From IMG/VR virus record IMGVR_UViG_3300021963_000029, positions 96,001 through 160,000 of that record: a stretch of DNA of 64,000 bases. One strand, written 5' to 3'. The notes below the pieces were generated by a model that was not told where the DNA came from, did no database searches, and saw only the letters and a list, made by a program, of their open reading frames with translations. The translations under genes were made by a program, and so were the position numbers. Numbering within the stretch: position 1 is the first letter of the stretch; every line of letters begins with the position of its first letter. This DNA is from a virus. Below, piece after piece: positions 30,801-40,645 of this stretch.

Positions 30801-31529
30801 CTAACCGAAAAAACTGGACAATCCCTCCAGAACAATCTCATTGTCTTTTCCAGTAACTGGATTCTTGACTGTCATAGTGTGAGTTAGTTTTGGCATAGTA
30901 TCAAAGAAAGTTTCAATTTGTTTAAATTGATTTGAATCAAAAGTTTCCAACCACTCTACCAATTCTTTTTTGGTTACGTCACTACCAGACCAAGTTTCAT
31001 CTGCAGTGTATACCATATCAATACATGATGCAACAATTTCAAAAGACTTATTGATAGTTTCTTTGCTACTGTTAGCATTAAAATTAAAGTTATTATCAAT
31101 AAACTCTTGGAGAGATGGGTACTTCATCTTCACCATAATTTTATCATCTACTTTGATTTCAGATGTATGTTCCTCTGGGAACTTAACTTCAATGTCTGTA
31201 ATGTCAACAGAACATTCTACTTGGGTTTCTCCATCATCAGGACAAGTGATTACAAGTTCTACTGCTTCCCCAACAGACTTTGCTCTGATGTTCAGGAACA
31301 GATACTCAATATCAAAACTTGGAAGAGTATCAATTCTAATTCCTTTTGTTAAGACACATTCCTTCAAAACATTTTTAACTGCTCTGGTGATCTCTTCAGA
31401 ACTATTGCTCTCCATAGCAAGGATAAGAATCTTTTCCTCTTTGACTAGGAAAGGTCTATATGAAATTTTCTTTTTGTTTGAAGGTAAAATCAACTCATAA
31501 GTTGGAGTTGCAATCTTTGGTAAAGGCAT
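30801..31529 (-). CDS. g26: baseplate hub assembly chaperone gp26
   Basis: MPLPKIATPTYEL..YRPFLVKEEKILILA...FDIEYLFLNIRAKSVGE...CP...LEGLSSFF. Confidence 0.93.
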   Translation of the reverse strand: MPLPKIATPTYELILPSNKKKISYRPFLVKEEKILILAMESNSSEEITRAVKNVLKECVLTKGIRIDTLPSFDIEYLFLNIRAKSVGEAVELVITCPDDGETQVECSVDITDIEVKFPEEHTSEIKVDDKIMVKMKYPSLQEFIDNNFNFNANSSKETINKSFEIVASCIDMVYTADETWSGSDVTKKELVEWLETFDSNQFKQIETFFDTMPKLTHTMTVKNPVTGKDNEIVLEGLSSFFG

Positions 31530-31557
31530 AATGTCCTATAGATTTCAGTAATGTTAT

Positions 31558-32418
31558 TTAGTTGGTTGGTGCTGGTGGTCCTTGTAGTGCAGGAGTTACA
31601 GGGGATCCACTTCTATTCTGAGATCTCAATCTCATCTCTCTAAGTTCATCTATTTGTTGCTGTAAACTTGGAAGTTGTGGATATCCATCAGGGAACTCTG
31701 CCTCTGAAGCACCAGCAGTTCCTGTAGGAGCAGCTGGTGCATTACCTCCAGGTCCAATTACAGTTCCAGATGGTGATCCATTTTCTTCTACTCCAGGATC
31801 AGTGCCAAGTGCAAATCTATTTGATTGGTAGTTATAAACATCATAGTTAAATGTAACTGTCGTCTTTAGTATACTTGCTCCATCATATGAAACTGGAATA
31901 GAAATTAAATTAGATGGAAAAGCATTTCTTAAAGTATAAGTAACACTCTTTGCTGGAGGACCATAGACTCCTTCCTTTACAAGTCTTTGATCTTTCTGTC
32001 TAAACTGCCTTTCAAATTTAGTGATAATAACTTCACGTTCATATGAAGATGCATAGTTATGTCTTACATAGGAATTACTTACTGATCCTACATTTACAGA
32101 AACACTATTCATCCATGCTTCAAAATAGTTGATAACATCATAATTTTGATCAACATAGAAACTTACATCTACTGGAGGATAAACTCTCTTAGTTGGATAT
32201 TGCTCAGTCCTACCCATTCTATCACCATAAACTTGTCCCAGTTCATATGAAGTTCCTGGCAACACAGCATCATAAGCTAAAAAATTAATTGTACTATTGC
32301 TTACACCACCAAATTCTCCTGCAACAAACACATCAAATGTATTTGTTAGTGCAGGTTTAAATTTTTTTACCAGTTCATCAGTTTTAAAATATAGATTTGT
32401 GTATGGGTTAACTGCCAT
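31558..32418 (-). CDS. tail tube family protein (gp19/gp54-like tube initiator)
   Basis: DAVLPG...YP..VDVSFYVD...YFEAW...ITKFE...TYTLRNAFP..TVTFNY tube fold pattern; divergent from gp4. Confidence 0.6.
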   Translation of the reverse strand: MAVNPYTNLYFKTDELVKKFKPALTNTFDVFVAGEFGGVSNSTINFLAYDAVLPGTSYELGQVYGDRMGRTEQYPTKRVYPPVDVSFYVDQNYDVINYFEAWMNSVSVNVGSVSNSYVRHNYASSYEREVIITKFERQFRQKDQRLVKEGVYGPPAKSVTYTLRNAFPSNLISIPVSYDGASILKTTVTFNYDVYNYQSNRFALGTDPGVEENGSPSGTVIGPGGNAPAAPTGTAGASEAEFPDGYPQLPSLQQQIDELREMRLRSQNRSGSPVTPALQGPPAPTN

Positions 32419-32449
32419 CTAAATAGTGAGAGTGTCCTATATTATATGT

Positions 32450-32884
32450 ATGAGCTATAAAGGAAGATTTAAACCTTCCTTCCCACAAAAATATATTGGA
32501 GATCAACAAAATATAATCTACAGGTCTTTGTGGGAATTGAAGTTTATGAACTACTGTGATAAGAATGAAAATATTTTAAAGTGGTCAAGTGAAGAGATTT
32601 GGATTCCATACTTATCTCCATTAGATAATAGAATACACAAATACTTTCCTGACTTTTATATCAAATACATTGACAAAAATAAAGTTACTAAAGAAAGTTT
32701 AATAGAAGTTAAACCAAAGAGACAAGTTAATGGTCCCTCTGTTGGAAAGAGAGTCACAAAAAAACAACTTGTTGAGATGAAAGAGTTCTCAAAGAACCAA
32801 GCAAAATGGAAAGCTGCCAAAGAATTCTGTGCTGATAGAAGATGGGAATTTCAAATTTTAACGGAGGATAATCTTGGCATATAA
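32450..32884 (+). CDS. g4: head completion protein gp4
   Basis: MSYKGRFKP...YRSLWE..FM.YCD...KWSSEE..IPY.SP.D...H.YFPDF...IEVKP. Confidence 0.93.
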   Translation: MSYKGRFKPSFPQKYIGDQQNIIYRSLWELKFMNYCDKNENILKWSSEEIWIPYLSPLDNRIHKYFPDFYIKYIDKNKVTKESLIEVKPKRQVNGPSVGKRVTKKQLVEMKEFSKNQAKWKAAKEFCADRRWEFQILTEDNLGI

Positions 32885-33431
32885 GACTATCTTTGAACAA
32901 GTCAAAGAAAAAGCACAAGGCAATCCTACAAGAGAGTGGTATAGAACAGAAGTCTTTGCCGCTAAAACTATCCAGTATGAAAATGATCCTGGTAAATTAG
33001 TAACAGAAGAAAGAGTTGATGAACAAGGTGATGTTCTTAAAAGAGACAAAAATGTAATGAGGGTTTACCCCAGACTATTCAGTCTGATGTTGTATAGTTA
33101 CAAAGCAAAATATAGAGAAGACCTTCCTTACTATGACAAATATCCGTTGGCATTTGTCCTTGATGTAAACCCAAGGTCGTTCTTTGCTGTCAATCTACAT
33201 TACTATACACCATCACAAAGAATAGGAATAGTTCAAAGTTTAGCAGAAAATAAGATTCCAAGATTTGAAAAAGGAGCACATAAATATTTACTATCAGAGG
33301 TAAAAACTCCATACTTACATCTTGCAGAACAAGAATGGGAAACAATATGTGCCTTACCACTAGAAGAATTTGTTATGGACTTGGGTGGAGTAGAGATACC
33401 AATTCCATCAAATAAGGTGTGGGGTAGATAA
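32874..33431 (+). CDS. g2: DNA end protector protein gp2
   Basis: Y.AKY...LPYYDKYPL..V....F.A.NLHY....R; position after gp4. Confidence 0.8.
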   Translation: MAYKTIFEQVKEKAQGNPTREWYRTEVFAAKTIQYENDPGKLVTEERVDEQGDVLKRDKNVMRVYPRLFSLMLYSYKAKYREDLPYYDKYPLAFVLDVNPRSFFAVNLHYYTPSQRIGIVQSLAENKIPRFEKGAHKYLLSEVKTPYLHLAEQEWETICALPLEEFVMDLGGVEIPIPSNKVWGR

Positions 33432-35153
33432 ATGGCAACAACATTACCAGCAGGATGGAGTAAAAATACAGCAGATGGAGCTATATCCCAAGGAATTCCA
33501 AATGAATATCAGGCAGGATTTCCTGGATTATTTGGGCAAAAATGGGTAGTTAATGTTAATACTCAAACAGGACAAAGACAAATATATTCTGACAATGGAT
33601 TGTTTGGAAGAAGTCTTGTTGCCACAGTCAATGCTAATGGAACTGTAACAAAAAACCAACCAAATTACAACAATATAGCAGAATTACCAAGTGGACAATC
33701 AAGATTAAAATTAGCTATTGATACCAGTAGAGACTTTGCAAATAAAATTGTAGGGTCTGTTGGAACTGAACAACAAAAAACAGGTCTTGCAAATCAAAAA
33801 GAATATGGAAAATTAAAATCTGGACTTCAAGGGAATCAAGGACCTGCATCTCCAGGTGGAGGATCTCAAGACACAGGAGGTCCAAATGCTGGTGCTCAGG
33901 GAGCACAAGGTGCTCAAGGTGTTCCTACAGAACAAGCATTAGGAACATTTAGAGATGTCTCTAACTTCCAGTCTACTACCAGTGCGGATAGCTATGGAAC
34001 TGCATGGAGATATCCTGAAAATATGAATGGTAACCAAGATTTCATGATGATATCTGCATACAAATATCAAGTTGCTGATGTCTTTGCAGGGTCTGATGGA
34101 ACATCAAATATTAATTCAGGACAAATATTTGGAGGTGCAAACATATCATCAAGAGCAAATCAAACTAAAGAAAGACTTGGACAAGTTATACTTCCAATGC
34201 CTGCAAATATTTCAGAAGCAAATCAAACTGGATGGGGAGAAGATACTTTAAGTGGATTAACTGCAGGAATGATGGGAGCTGCTACAGGAGCAGTAAAATC
34301 TATTGCTCAAGGTGATTTATTTGGGGCAGGATCAGTTACAATTGATACTGCAAAAGCTGTTTTAAATGATAAAAACCCAGCAAAAGGAACAATACAGCAG
34401 TTGTTAACTCTAAATGCTGCTGCAGCTGCTATTAAAAAACTTGGGTTGCAAGTAAACACAGAGGCATATAGATCAAGGGTTACAGGAACAGTTATAAATC
34501 CCAACCTTGAGATGCTTTTCAATGGTCCTAAACTAAGAGCATTTCAATTTACATATAAACTTGCTCCAAGAAGTCCAAGTGAAGCAAAACAAATTAGAGG
34601 TATTATTAAATTCTTCAAGAAAGCAATGGCTCCAAGAAGAGCAACAGTAGGAGAGGATGCATTTTTCCTTGGTGCTCCTGATGTGTTCCAGATTAAATTT
34701 ATGAATGGTAAAAGAGAACACCCAGGACTCCCAAGTTTAAAGACATGTGCTTTAGTTAACTTCAGCGTTAACTATACTGCAGATGGTTTTTACTCTGCTT
34801 ATCTAGATGGTCAACCTATATCAGTTGAAATTAGTATGAGCTTTGCTGAACTTACTCCAATATATAATGATAACTATGGAATTGTCAATGGTGATGATGT
34901 TGGATTTGGTGATGTTGATGTTGATCAATTAGAAAATCCAAGATTTCCAGTGAATGATATAAATCAACAACAAAATGCAGCAAATAATTCTCAACCTAGA
35001 AGACAAGATCCATCTCAACCAGGAGCAGGAACTGCAGCAGGATCTCCAGTACCTCCTCTTGTAACTGGAGTTGATGATACTGTAGGATCTCCAAACAATA
35101 GACCACCTTTAGCAGGATCTCCAGGATCATCATTAGCACTACCAGCAAACTAA
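33432..35153 (+). CDS. g48: baseplate tail tube cap gp48
   Basis: ILPMP..ISE...GW, NPNLEMLF.GP.LR.F.F...L.PRS..EA..I..II.FFK, P.VF.I, TC.L....VNY. Confidence 0.88.
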   Translation: MATTLPAGWSKNTADGAISQGIPNEYQAGFPGLFGQKWVVNVNTQTGQRQIYSDNGLFGRSLVATVNANGTVTKNQPNYNNIAELPSGQSRLKLAIDTSRDFANKIVGSVGTEQQKTGLANQKEYGKLKSGLQGNQGPASPGGGSQDTGGPNAGAQGAQGAQGVPTEQALGTFRDVSNFQSTTSADSYGTAWRYPENMNGNQDFMMISAYKYQVADVFAGSDGTSNINSGQIFGGANISSRANQTKERLGQVILPMPANISEANQTGWGEDTLSGLTAGMMGAATGAVKSIAQGDLFGAGSVTIDTAKAVLNDKNPAKGTIQQLLTLNAAAAAIKKLGLQVNTEAYRSRVTGTVINPNLEMLFNGPKLRAFQFTYKLAPRSPSEAKQIRGIIKFFKKAMAPRRATVGEDAFFLGAPDVFQIKFMNGKREHPGLPSLKTCALVNFSVNYTADGFYSAYLDGQPISVEISMSFAELTPIYNDNYGIVNGDDVGFGDVDVDQLENPRFPVNDINQQQNAANNSQPRRQDPSQPGAGTAAGSPVPPLVTGVDDTVGSPNNRPPLAGSPGSSLALPAN

Positions 35154-35154
35154 T

Positions 35155-35925
35155 ATGACATACTTCAGAAACTTCTCAGAACTTCTATACCAATCACCAC
35201 TATCAAATAGAACATCTTCTTATGACTATGTAAGAGCAAAAAATATATTTCGTAGAGCAAAGATCAGAGAAGATATATTCCAAGCAGCAGTTGCATTTGA
35301 TAAGTATAAAATTGTTGGAGAAGAAAGACCAGATCAAGTATCTAAAAAAGTCTATGGTAGTTCTGAATATGATTGGGTAATTTTATTATCCAATAACATC
35401 ATTAACATCAGAGAAGAATGGCCTTTATCTGACTCTGAGTTTAATACTTACATAGCAACAAAGTATACTGCAGCAGAACTAGGAGCAGTTCATCACTATG
35501 AGACTGTTGCATACTTTGATACAAGAGGAAAATTAATTGTCCCAGCTGGCAAAACAGTAGACTCTAATTTTAGTGTAACCTACTTTGACTATGATGTACA
35601 AGATCAAGAGATTGTTGGAGAACCATATACCTTTGATTCATCCACAACTAAATTTGATTCTAATCTAGTTAGATTTGATATGGATGAACAGATTGTAATA
35701 AGACAAGGAAAACCATACACAATTAACCCAGTAAAATCAGTTAGTGTTTATGAGTATGAGATTGCTAAAAATGAAGAGAAGAGAACAATCTTTGTACTCA
35801 AACCAAGGTATCTACAGACAATTATAGATGATCTAAATGAGATCATGAACTATGGATTCTCATCTCAGTATGTAGATAAGAAAACTAAAAAGGGAGATGA
35901 ACTAAGAGTCATCTCCCCAAGATAA
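35155..35925 (+). CDS. g53: baseplate wedge protein gp53
   Basis: YF..F...Y, KNIFRRAKIR, GEERPDQVS.KVYG...DWVILL.NNI...EEWP. Confidence 0.92.
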   Translation: MTYFRNFSELLYQSPLSNRTSSYDYVRAKNIFRRAKIREDIFQAAVAFDKYKIVGEERPDQVSKKVYGSSEYDWVILLSNNIINIREEWPLSDSEFNTYIATKYTAAELGAVHHYETVAYFDTRGKLIVPAGKTVDSNFSVTYFDYDVQDQEIVGEPYTFDSSTTKFDSNLVRFDMDEQIVIRQGKPYTINPVKSVSVYEYEIAKNEEKRTIFVLKPRYLQTIIDDLNEIMNYGFSSQYVDKKTKKGDELRVISPR

Positions 35926-36846
35926 TCATTCTTCAGCCAGTCTCTGGAAGTAACTCAGAGCATCATCATCTTCATCATCAGAAGAGGATGAAGGACTTTG
36001 TTTTTGAGTCCCACCATACTTTCCCTGCAGGACCTCTTCATTTGTAGGGACAGGACCACGATCCTCATCCTCATCATCAAATGATTCATCTTGCTTAGGA
36101 GCAACCTTCTTACCAAGAACTGCTTTCAGACGAGCATCAAGTTGCTCATAGGACTTAAAGGTTTCTGGTTTGACAAACTCTTGCAGAGAATAAGACTTCT
36201 TCCAGATTGCTTCAAGCACATCATCATCAAAGTCACCAAGCACAGAGGTTGATTCAAACTCAGACTTGTCATAGTTCCAGTAACCATCTTTCTTGGTGAT
36301 CTTCACTTTGAAGTTAGCACCATTCCAGAAGTCAAAAGGATCAATGGGAGTCTCATCATCAAACTCAGGTTGCATTGCAGCAGAGATCTTATCAAAGATC
36401 TTCTTGCCATACTTGAACAGGAACACCTTACCTTCATTCTCAGGGTGTGCCTTGTCACTCACAACATAGATGTTGCTGTAGTAAGAAAGTTTACGCTTCC
36501 TTTGACGAACAATTTCTTGGTTTGCTTTGCTGCCAGTGTTCCACAGTTCACGATTTGCTTCACACACTGGGCACTGCTGACCAATGGTGGTGAGACAGTT
36601 ATCAATGAACCAACCACCAGTCCCTTGGAAGGCATGGTTGTACACCTTTGCCCAAGGAAGTTCTTCACCCTCAGGGGCAGGAAGGAATCGAATAACTGCA
36701 AATCCATTACCTGCTTTGTCCACTTCAGGTTTCCACAGACGATCATCAGTGGAACCACTTGAAGTATTCATCTTCTCTACTTCTTGTACCAGTTTAGAAG
36801 TCAGAGAACCAAGCTTGGATTGTTTTTTAAGATCGGCAAATGCCAT
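35926..36846 (-). CDS. g32: single-stranded DNA binding protein gp32
   Basis: DDRLWKP..DK.GNG.AVIRFLP, HAFQG.GGW.I.NC.TT....CPVC, acidic C-terminus. Confidence 0.97.
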   Translation of the reverse strand: MAFADLKKQSKLGSLTSKLVQEVEKMNTSSGSTDDRLWKPEVDKAGNGFAVIRFLPAPEGEELPWAKVYNHAFQGTGGWFIDNCLTTIGQQCPVCEANRELWNTGSKANQEIVRQRKRKLSYYSNIYVVSDKAHPENEGKVFLFKYGKKIFDKISAAMQPEFDDETPIDPFDFWNGANFKVKITKKDGYWNYDKSEFESTSVLGDFDDDVLEAIWKKSYSLQEFVKPETFKSYEQLDARLKAVLGKKVAPKQDESFDDEDEDRGPVPTNEEVLQGKYGGTQKQSPSSSSDDEDDDALSYFQRLAEE

Positions 36847-36895
36847 TTGGATTACCTCGGATTAATTGGATTGATCTGATTAGGATCAGAGGACT

Positions 36896-36924
36896 ATCCT
36901 ACCATGGGCAGGATCCTCTGTCAA
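36896..36924 (-). promoter_or_regulatory. sigma70-type promoter for gp32 (late TAAATA box adjacent at 36928..36933)
   Basis: TTGACA-17 nt-TAGGAT. Confidence 0.65.
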
Positions 36925-36930
36925 TGCTAT

Positions 36931-37266
36931 TTATCTGCCTCTCTGAGCAGTCTTTCTGAGTCCATCAATGGTTTGCCTCATAGAGGAGAATACCATGGAG
37001 ATATCAGGGTTAGGACCAAACCCTAAGATCTTTGCAGACTCTACCATCTGCTCCTTCATTTTAACTGCATCAGGATCATCAGAAAGAGACAGTCTAGTAT
37101 ACAGAATTTGTTGCTTCTCCAGCAGATCATCAAGAAGATTAATGTGTGCTAACTTCTCATCTACATCCATATCAAAGAAAGAAGGGATCTCCTTGACAAT
37201 CTTTCTTTGAATTTCTGCAATCTCGTCCATTTCTTTTTGGACCATTTCTGAATTGAAAAATGACAT
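36931..37266 (-). CDS. DUF1825-like cyanophage protein
   Basis: MSFFNSE.V...Q..LY.RL.LSDDP.A..MK. Confidence 0.75.
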   Translation of the reverse strand: MSFFNSEMVQKEMDEIAEIQRKIVKEIPSFFDMDVDEKLAHINLLDDLLEKQQILYTRLSLSDDPDAVKMKEQMVESAKILGFGPNPDISMVFSSMRQTIDGLRKTAQRGR

Positions 37267-37267
37267 C

Positions 37268-37861
37268 TCAATCTCCTATAATTGTGCCCTTTAAAATCTT
37301 CTTATATCTGAACACATCGATATTTAGAAATGGTGTGTACTTCCTAATCTTTAAGGACACAGATTCCCAAATAGGATCTAAAAGTTTCTTGTCAAAATTA
37401 TTCCTGATCAGGAATATTCTATCATAGATCACTAGTGTTTCAGGTGAAATGTTCCCGCTCAGGAACTTTTTTAATACAGGTGGATGACCCTTAGAACAAT
37501 CAAATGCTTGGTCTAAAGTATACTCAGAGAACAAAGTCTCAGACTCTTGGGTAAAAATATACTGCAGACTCTGCTGCCTCTTGACCCACTCCTTGTAGTA
37601 ACCTTCCCCTGCTCTGATGACATTACCAATCCAAAGACTGTTGGGATCATCTGCTTCTACAAAATTAGCGATGTAGAAGTTTTTAATCTCCTCATCGCTC
37701 TTTTGTCTGCTAAGTTTTTCAAACCAATACTTGTCTTTTCTTTTATTGAATGTCTCTACTGATGCTCTAGACTTACCTGCATATTTGTGATAATCATATT
37801 TCTCTTTACTAAAATGATTTTTCAATGCAAGGTATTGCTTGTAAGCATCAAAAGGTGTCAT
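37268..37861 (-). CDS. g59: helicase loader gp59
   Basis: Y..YLALK.HF...YDY.KY.GK...F.KRKD.Y.F.KL. Confidence 0.9.
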   Translation of the reverse strand: MTPFDAYKQYLALKNHFSKEKYDYHKYAGKSRASVETFNKRKDKYWFEKLSRQKSDEEIKNFYIANFVEADDPNSLWIGNVIRAGEGYYKEWVKRQQSLQYIFTQESETLFSEYTLDQAFDCSKGHPPVLKKFLSGNISPETLVIYDRIFLIRNNFDKKLLDPIWESVSLKIRKYTPFLNIDVFRYKKILKGTIIGD

Positions 37862-38115
37862 AGTAAAAGCTTTGCCCTAGAGGTTCTTTTTAAAAAATTT
37901 AAATTGATAGCATCACACTTAAGTTTTTCTTTGAGTGGTTTGCTGACTAACTTGCCAACAGATTCTACTTCAATGTTGTTCTGATCGCAATAATGAATGA
38001 TTGCATCAATGTAATTCATGTCCTTGTTGACCTTGACTAGTTCCTCAATAATCTGAGAGAACTTTGCTTGGCACAAAAACTTTGATTCTAATGCTGACTT
38101 TAATTTACTTTCCAT
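37858..38115 (-). CDS. g33: late transcription coactivator gp33
   Basis: YIDAII.YC....IE.E.V.KL.SKPLKEKL..DA..LNFL. Confidence 0.92.
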   Translation of the reverse strand: MESKLKSALESKFLCQAKFSQIIEELVKVNKDMNYIDAIIHYCDQNNIEVESVGKLVSKPLKEKLKCDAINLNFLKRTSRAKLLL

Positions 38116-38785
38116 ATTCCTTTAGTTTAAACTCTATGAAATCTTTAACATATTGTGAGAGAAGTTTAATGTATTTCATTTTATCATACTCTTCATAAAC
38201 AACACAATCACCATCTTCACATGCCATAAGAATGACAAGTTTTTTAACAGGAATATCAGTCAGTTCATAGAACATGCAAGCATAAGCTGCTGCCTGAACA
38301 AAATAATGTTCAATCCATTCCCTAGGTTTTGCTTTTTTTGAGGTTTTAAAATCTATGATTGCCAGTTCACCATTATATTCAGCAATGCAGTCAACTGTTC
38401 CTGCTATACCTAACTGCTTACTGTATAATGAAGTTTCAAGTGCATAGATATTATTTATCTTATCTAATTCCTTCCCCATGATTTGAAATAACATTTCAGA
38501 CATGGGATTAACATCACTATTACAATCTAGATTTTTGAGGTACTGTTCACACAGGGTGTGCATTTCAGTACCACGTCTAGTTGCTTGTTTGTTAACTCTA
38601 TTTGCTTCCTCTTCTCCTACCCTTTTTCTCCACTGCTCAAAGATATGTTTGTTGTGGTGACTGGTAACAGAGGTGATGGAGACTAACTTTAGAAGTTCAT
38701 CCCCATCAGGAATTTTGTAGTACCTTACACCATCAATGGTCTCCCTCTCTAATTGAGGGAGACTAATATCAACATGATTGAACAT
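38105..38785 (-). CDS. exonuclease A (PD-(D/E)XK, Cas4-like)
   Basis: R.Y...SITSV, RGT.MH, E..LYS...IAGTVDCIAEY.G.LAIIDFKTS, Y..Q..AY. Confidence 0.88.
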   Translation of the reverse strand: MFNHVDISLPQLERETIDGVRYYKIPDGDELLKLVSITSVTSHHNKHIFEQWRKRVGEEEANRVNKQATRRGTEMHTLCEQYLKNLDCNSDVNPMSEMLFQIMGKELDKINNIYALETSLYSKQLGIAGTVDCIAEYNGELAIIDFKTSKKAKPREWIEHYFVQAAAYACMFYELTDIPVKKLVILMACEDGDCVVYEEYDKMKYIKLLSQYVKDFIEFKLKEYGK

Positions 38786-39543
38786 TAAAAACCTGCTGCC
38801 AATTTATTAACAATGTAAGATTTAACTAGACCAGATCTAACAATATCATCAACACCAAATTCAATAGTCTCAAATTCTGGCATTCTATTAATGATCTTCA
38901 TGAAATCCATGATTCCATTTCTTTCATTAGTCTTTGTAAGATCTGATTGAGTGGCATCACCACAGAACATAATTCTGGAGTTATCACCAACTCTTGTAAT
39001 TATACTATCAAGTTCATGGAAGTTCAAGTTTTGACACTCATCTACAATGATGATTGAGTTATCAAGAGTTGTTCCTCTAATAAAAGAAGTGCTCCAGAAA
39101 GTAATAGTTTCCTGTGACTTCAGGTTACCATAGAGCATTTCAAAGTCTGCATCAGATGGCATCTCAAACATGTACTTAACCATGTTCTTATATGGAATCT
39201 GATAGAGAGCAGACTTGTCATCATGATCCCCAGGAAGGAAACCAATCTCTCTTGTTGCTACTAGAGATCTAACAATAACAATCTTTTGATATGGAGTGAT
39301 CTCACTCATCACATCTTTCAGTGCCAAATACAGAGCACAGAAAGTTTTACCAGTACCAGCACAACCATACACAAACAGATGTTTATCTGAATTGTATGCT
39401 TCAAACAGTTTTTCTTGATTGCTTGTAACTGGAGTAATGTCTAAAAGAAGATCAGTATTGATTGGTTTTCTTCTTTTCATTTGCTTTGCAGTCATGCCAA
39501 TGCCAATTGGCTGCAAATCATTGCCTCTTCTTTTTCTTGCCAT
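38785..39543 (-). CDS. phoH: PhoH-like ATPase
   Basis: GCAGTGKT, IGFLPG, TSFIRG.T.....IIVDECQN, GD..QSDL, DIVRSGLV. Confidence 0.96.
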   Translation of the reverse strand: MARKRRGNDLQPIGIGMTAKQMKRRKPINTDLLLDITPVTSNQEKLFEAYNSDKHLFVYGCAGTGKTFCALYLALKDVMSEITPYQKIVIVRSLVATREIGFLPGDHDDKSALYQIPYKNMVKYMFEMPSDADFEMLYGNLKSQETITFWSTSFIRGTTLDNSIIIVDECQNLNFHELDSIITRVGDNSRIMFCGDATQSDLTKTNERNGIMDFMKIINRMPEFETIEFGVDDIVRSGLVKSYIVNKLAAGF

Positions 39544-39785
39544 TAGATTTTCTTTACACGAGAACCAGGGGATTTTGATGCTTTTGCTAGGACGTCATTC
39601 CATCCAGGATTCTTGGAGATTAATTTGTTTCTCCAATCTCCAACTTCTCCTGGACTTGCACATCCTTCTGACCAATCACGCTTCCACTCAGGATTGTCTT
39701 TATACCACTGAGTAATATCATGAACACTCATCTCTACTTCTTTCTTTTCCCCAGTCTCTACATGGATAACAGGATAAATTGCCAT
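39543..39785 (-). CDS. conserved hypothetical T4-like phage protein
   Basis: 80 aa: MAIYPV....TGE...W..VL.K..K.PGS.V. Confidence 0.7.
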   Translation of the reverse strand: MAIYPVIHVETGEKKEVEMSVHDITQWYKDNPEWKRDWSEGCASPGEVGDWRNKLISKNPGWNDVLAKASKSPGSRVKKI

Positions 39786-39810
39786 AGGTTATTAATAATG
39801 TATAAAATAT

Positions 39811-40500
39811 TTATTCTATGAGAAGGGATGGAGCATCTGAACACTCACTACATTTATCTCTTGTCCAACCAAGTGCTTCAGAAACAGTGGGGAACTGGCA
39901 AGTGAAAATGCACTTTGCTAATTCTGCAATTTCCATATGTTCTTTCTGGGTTCCATTGGCAGAACGCAGATTGATATAATGAATCCATGACCTGCATGAT
40001 CCAGTCATGTAAATTCTTGTTGGGGTTGCAAGGGGAAGAACAAAACGAGCACACTCCTTTGCCACACCATGATCAAGAAGAGTTTTATACAGACCATTCG
40101 CTGCTGCAAAGTGCTCAGCAATACGACTTTGAAGAGTAAGTTTTTCATACTCACCAATATCATCAATAGAATTTTGACGATTCTTTGTGTCTTGTCTTCT
40201 AAGATCTGGAACAGGAATGTGTTCAGTCAGAAGACTTGTATCAGCATACCTTTGTGAAAATTCTTGAAATGTAAATGACCTATGACGTAAGATTTGAGCT
40301 GCTATGCCACGATTAGTTTCAATCTCAAGGGTCATAGTAGATTGCTCAAACACAGACCAATGATTGTGCTTAATACAATAACGTAGCAAACCTGCATAGT
40401 TTTCATTATCTTGATTTGCTGGATTAGAAACCCTAGCAATATATGCCATTGTTTGTTCTGCATCTGGAGTAACTGAAATGAGTTTAACTTTCTGAGTCAT
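39811..40500 (-). CDS. thyX: flavin-dependent thymidylate synthase ThyX
   Basis: HWSVFE, QILRHRSFTFQEFSQRY ThyX motif, ECARFVLP. Confidence 0.96.
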   Translation of the reverse strand: MTQKVKLISVTPDAEQTMAYIARVSNPANQDNENYAGLLRYCIKHNHWSVFEQSTMTLEIETNRGIAAQILRHRSFTFQEFSQRYADTSLLTEHIPVPDLRRQDTKNRQNSIDDIGEYEKLTLQSRIAEHFAAANGLYKTLLDHGVAKECARFVLPLATPTRIYMTGSCRSWIHYINLRSANGTQKEHMEIAELAKCIFTCQFPTVSEALGWTRDKCSECSDAPSLLIE

Positions 40501-40645
40501 CCTTTTCCCCTTTCATATGTTTAAACTTGAGCGCTTTTTGAGCAATCTTTTTTGCCTTTCTCATGTACTTGAGCTCTTGCTCATCATACAACCAAGGTTG
40601 CTTCAAAGCAACCTTAGAGAGCTTTATGGTGTCTTGAAACCTCAT
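40484..40645 (-). CDS. small basic hypothetical protein (53 aa)
   Basis: Hand translation MRFQDTIKLSKVALKQPWLYDEQELKYMRKAKK... Confidence 0.65.
   Translation of the reverse strand: MRFQDTIKLSKVALKQPWLYDEQELKYMRKAKKIAQKALKFKHMKGEKDDSES

Noticed and set aside
32426-32884. TnsA-like endonuclease suggesting a transposon
   Set aside because: Sequence and position match head completion protein gp4; no transposon ends or partner genes.
38105-38785. Cas4-like nuclease as a sign of CRISPR
   Set aside because: It is the usual T4-like cyanophage exonuclease in the gp33-phoH block; no array or cas1/cas2.
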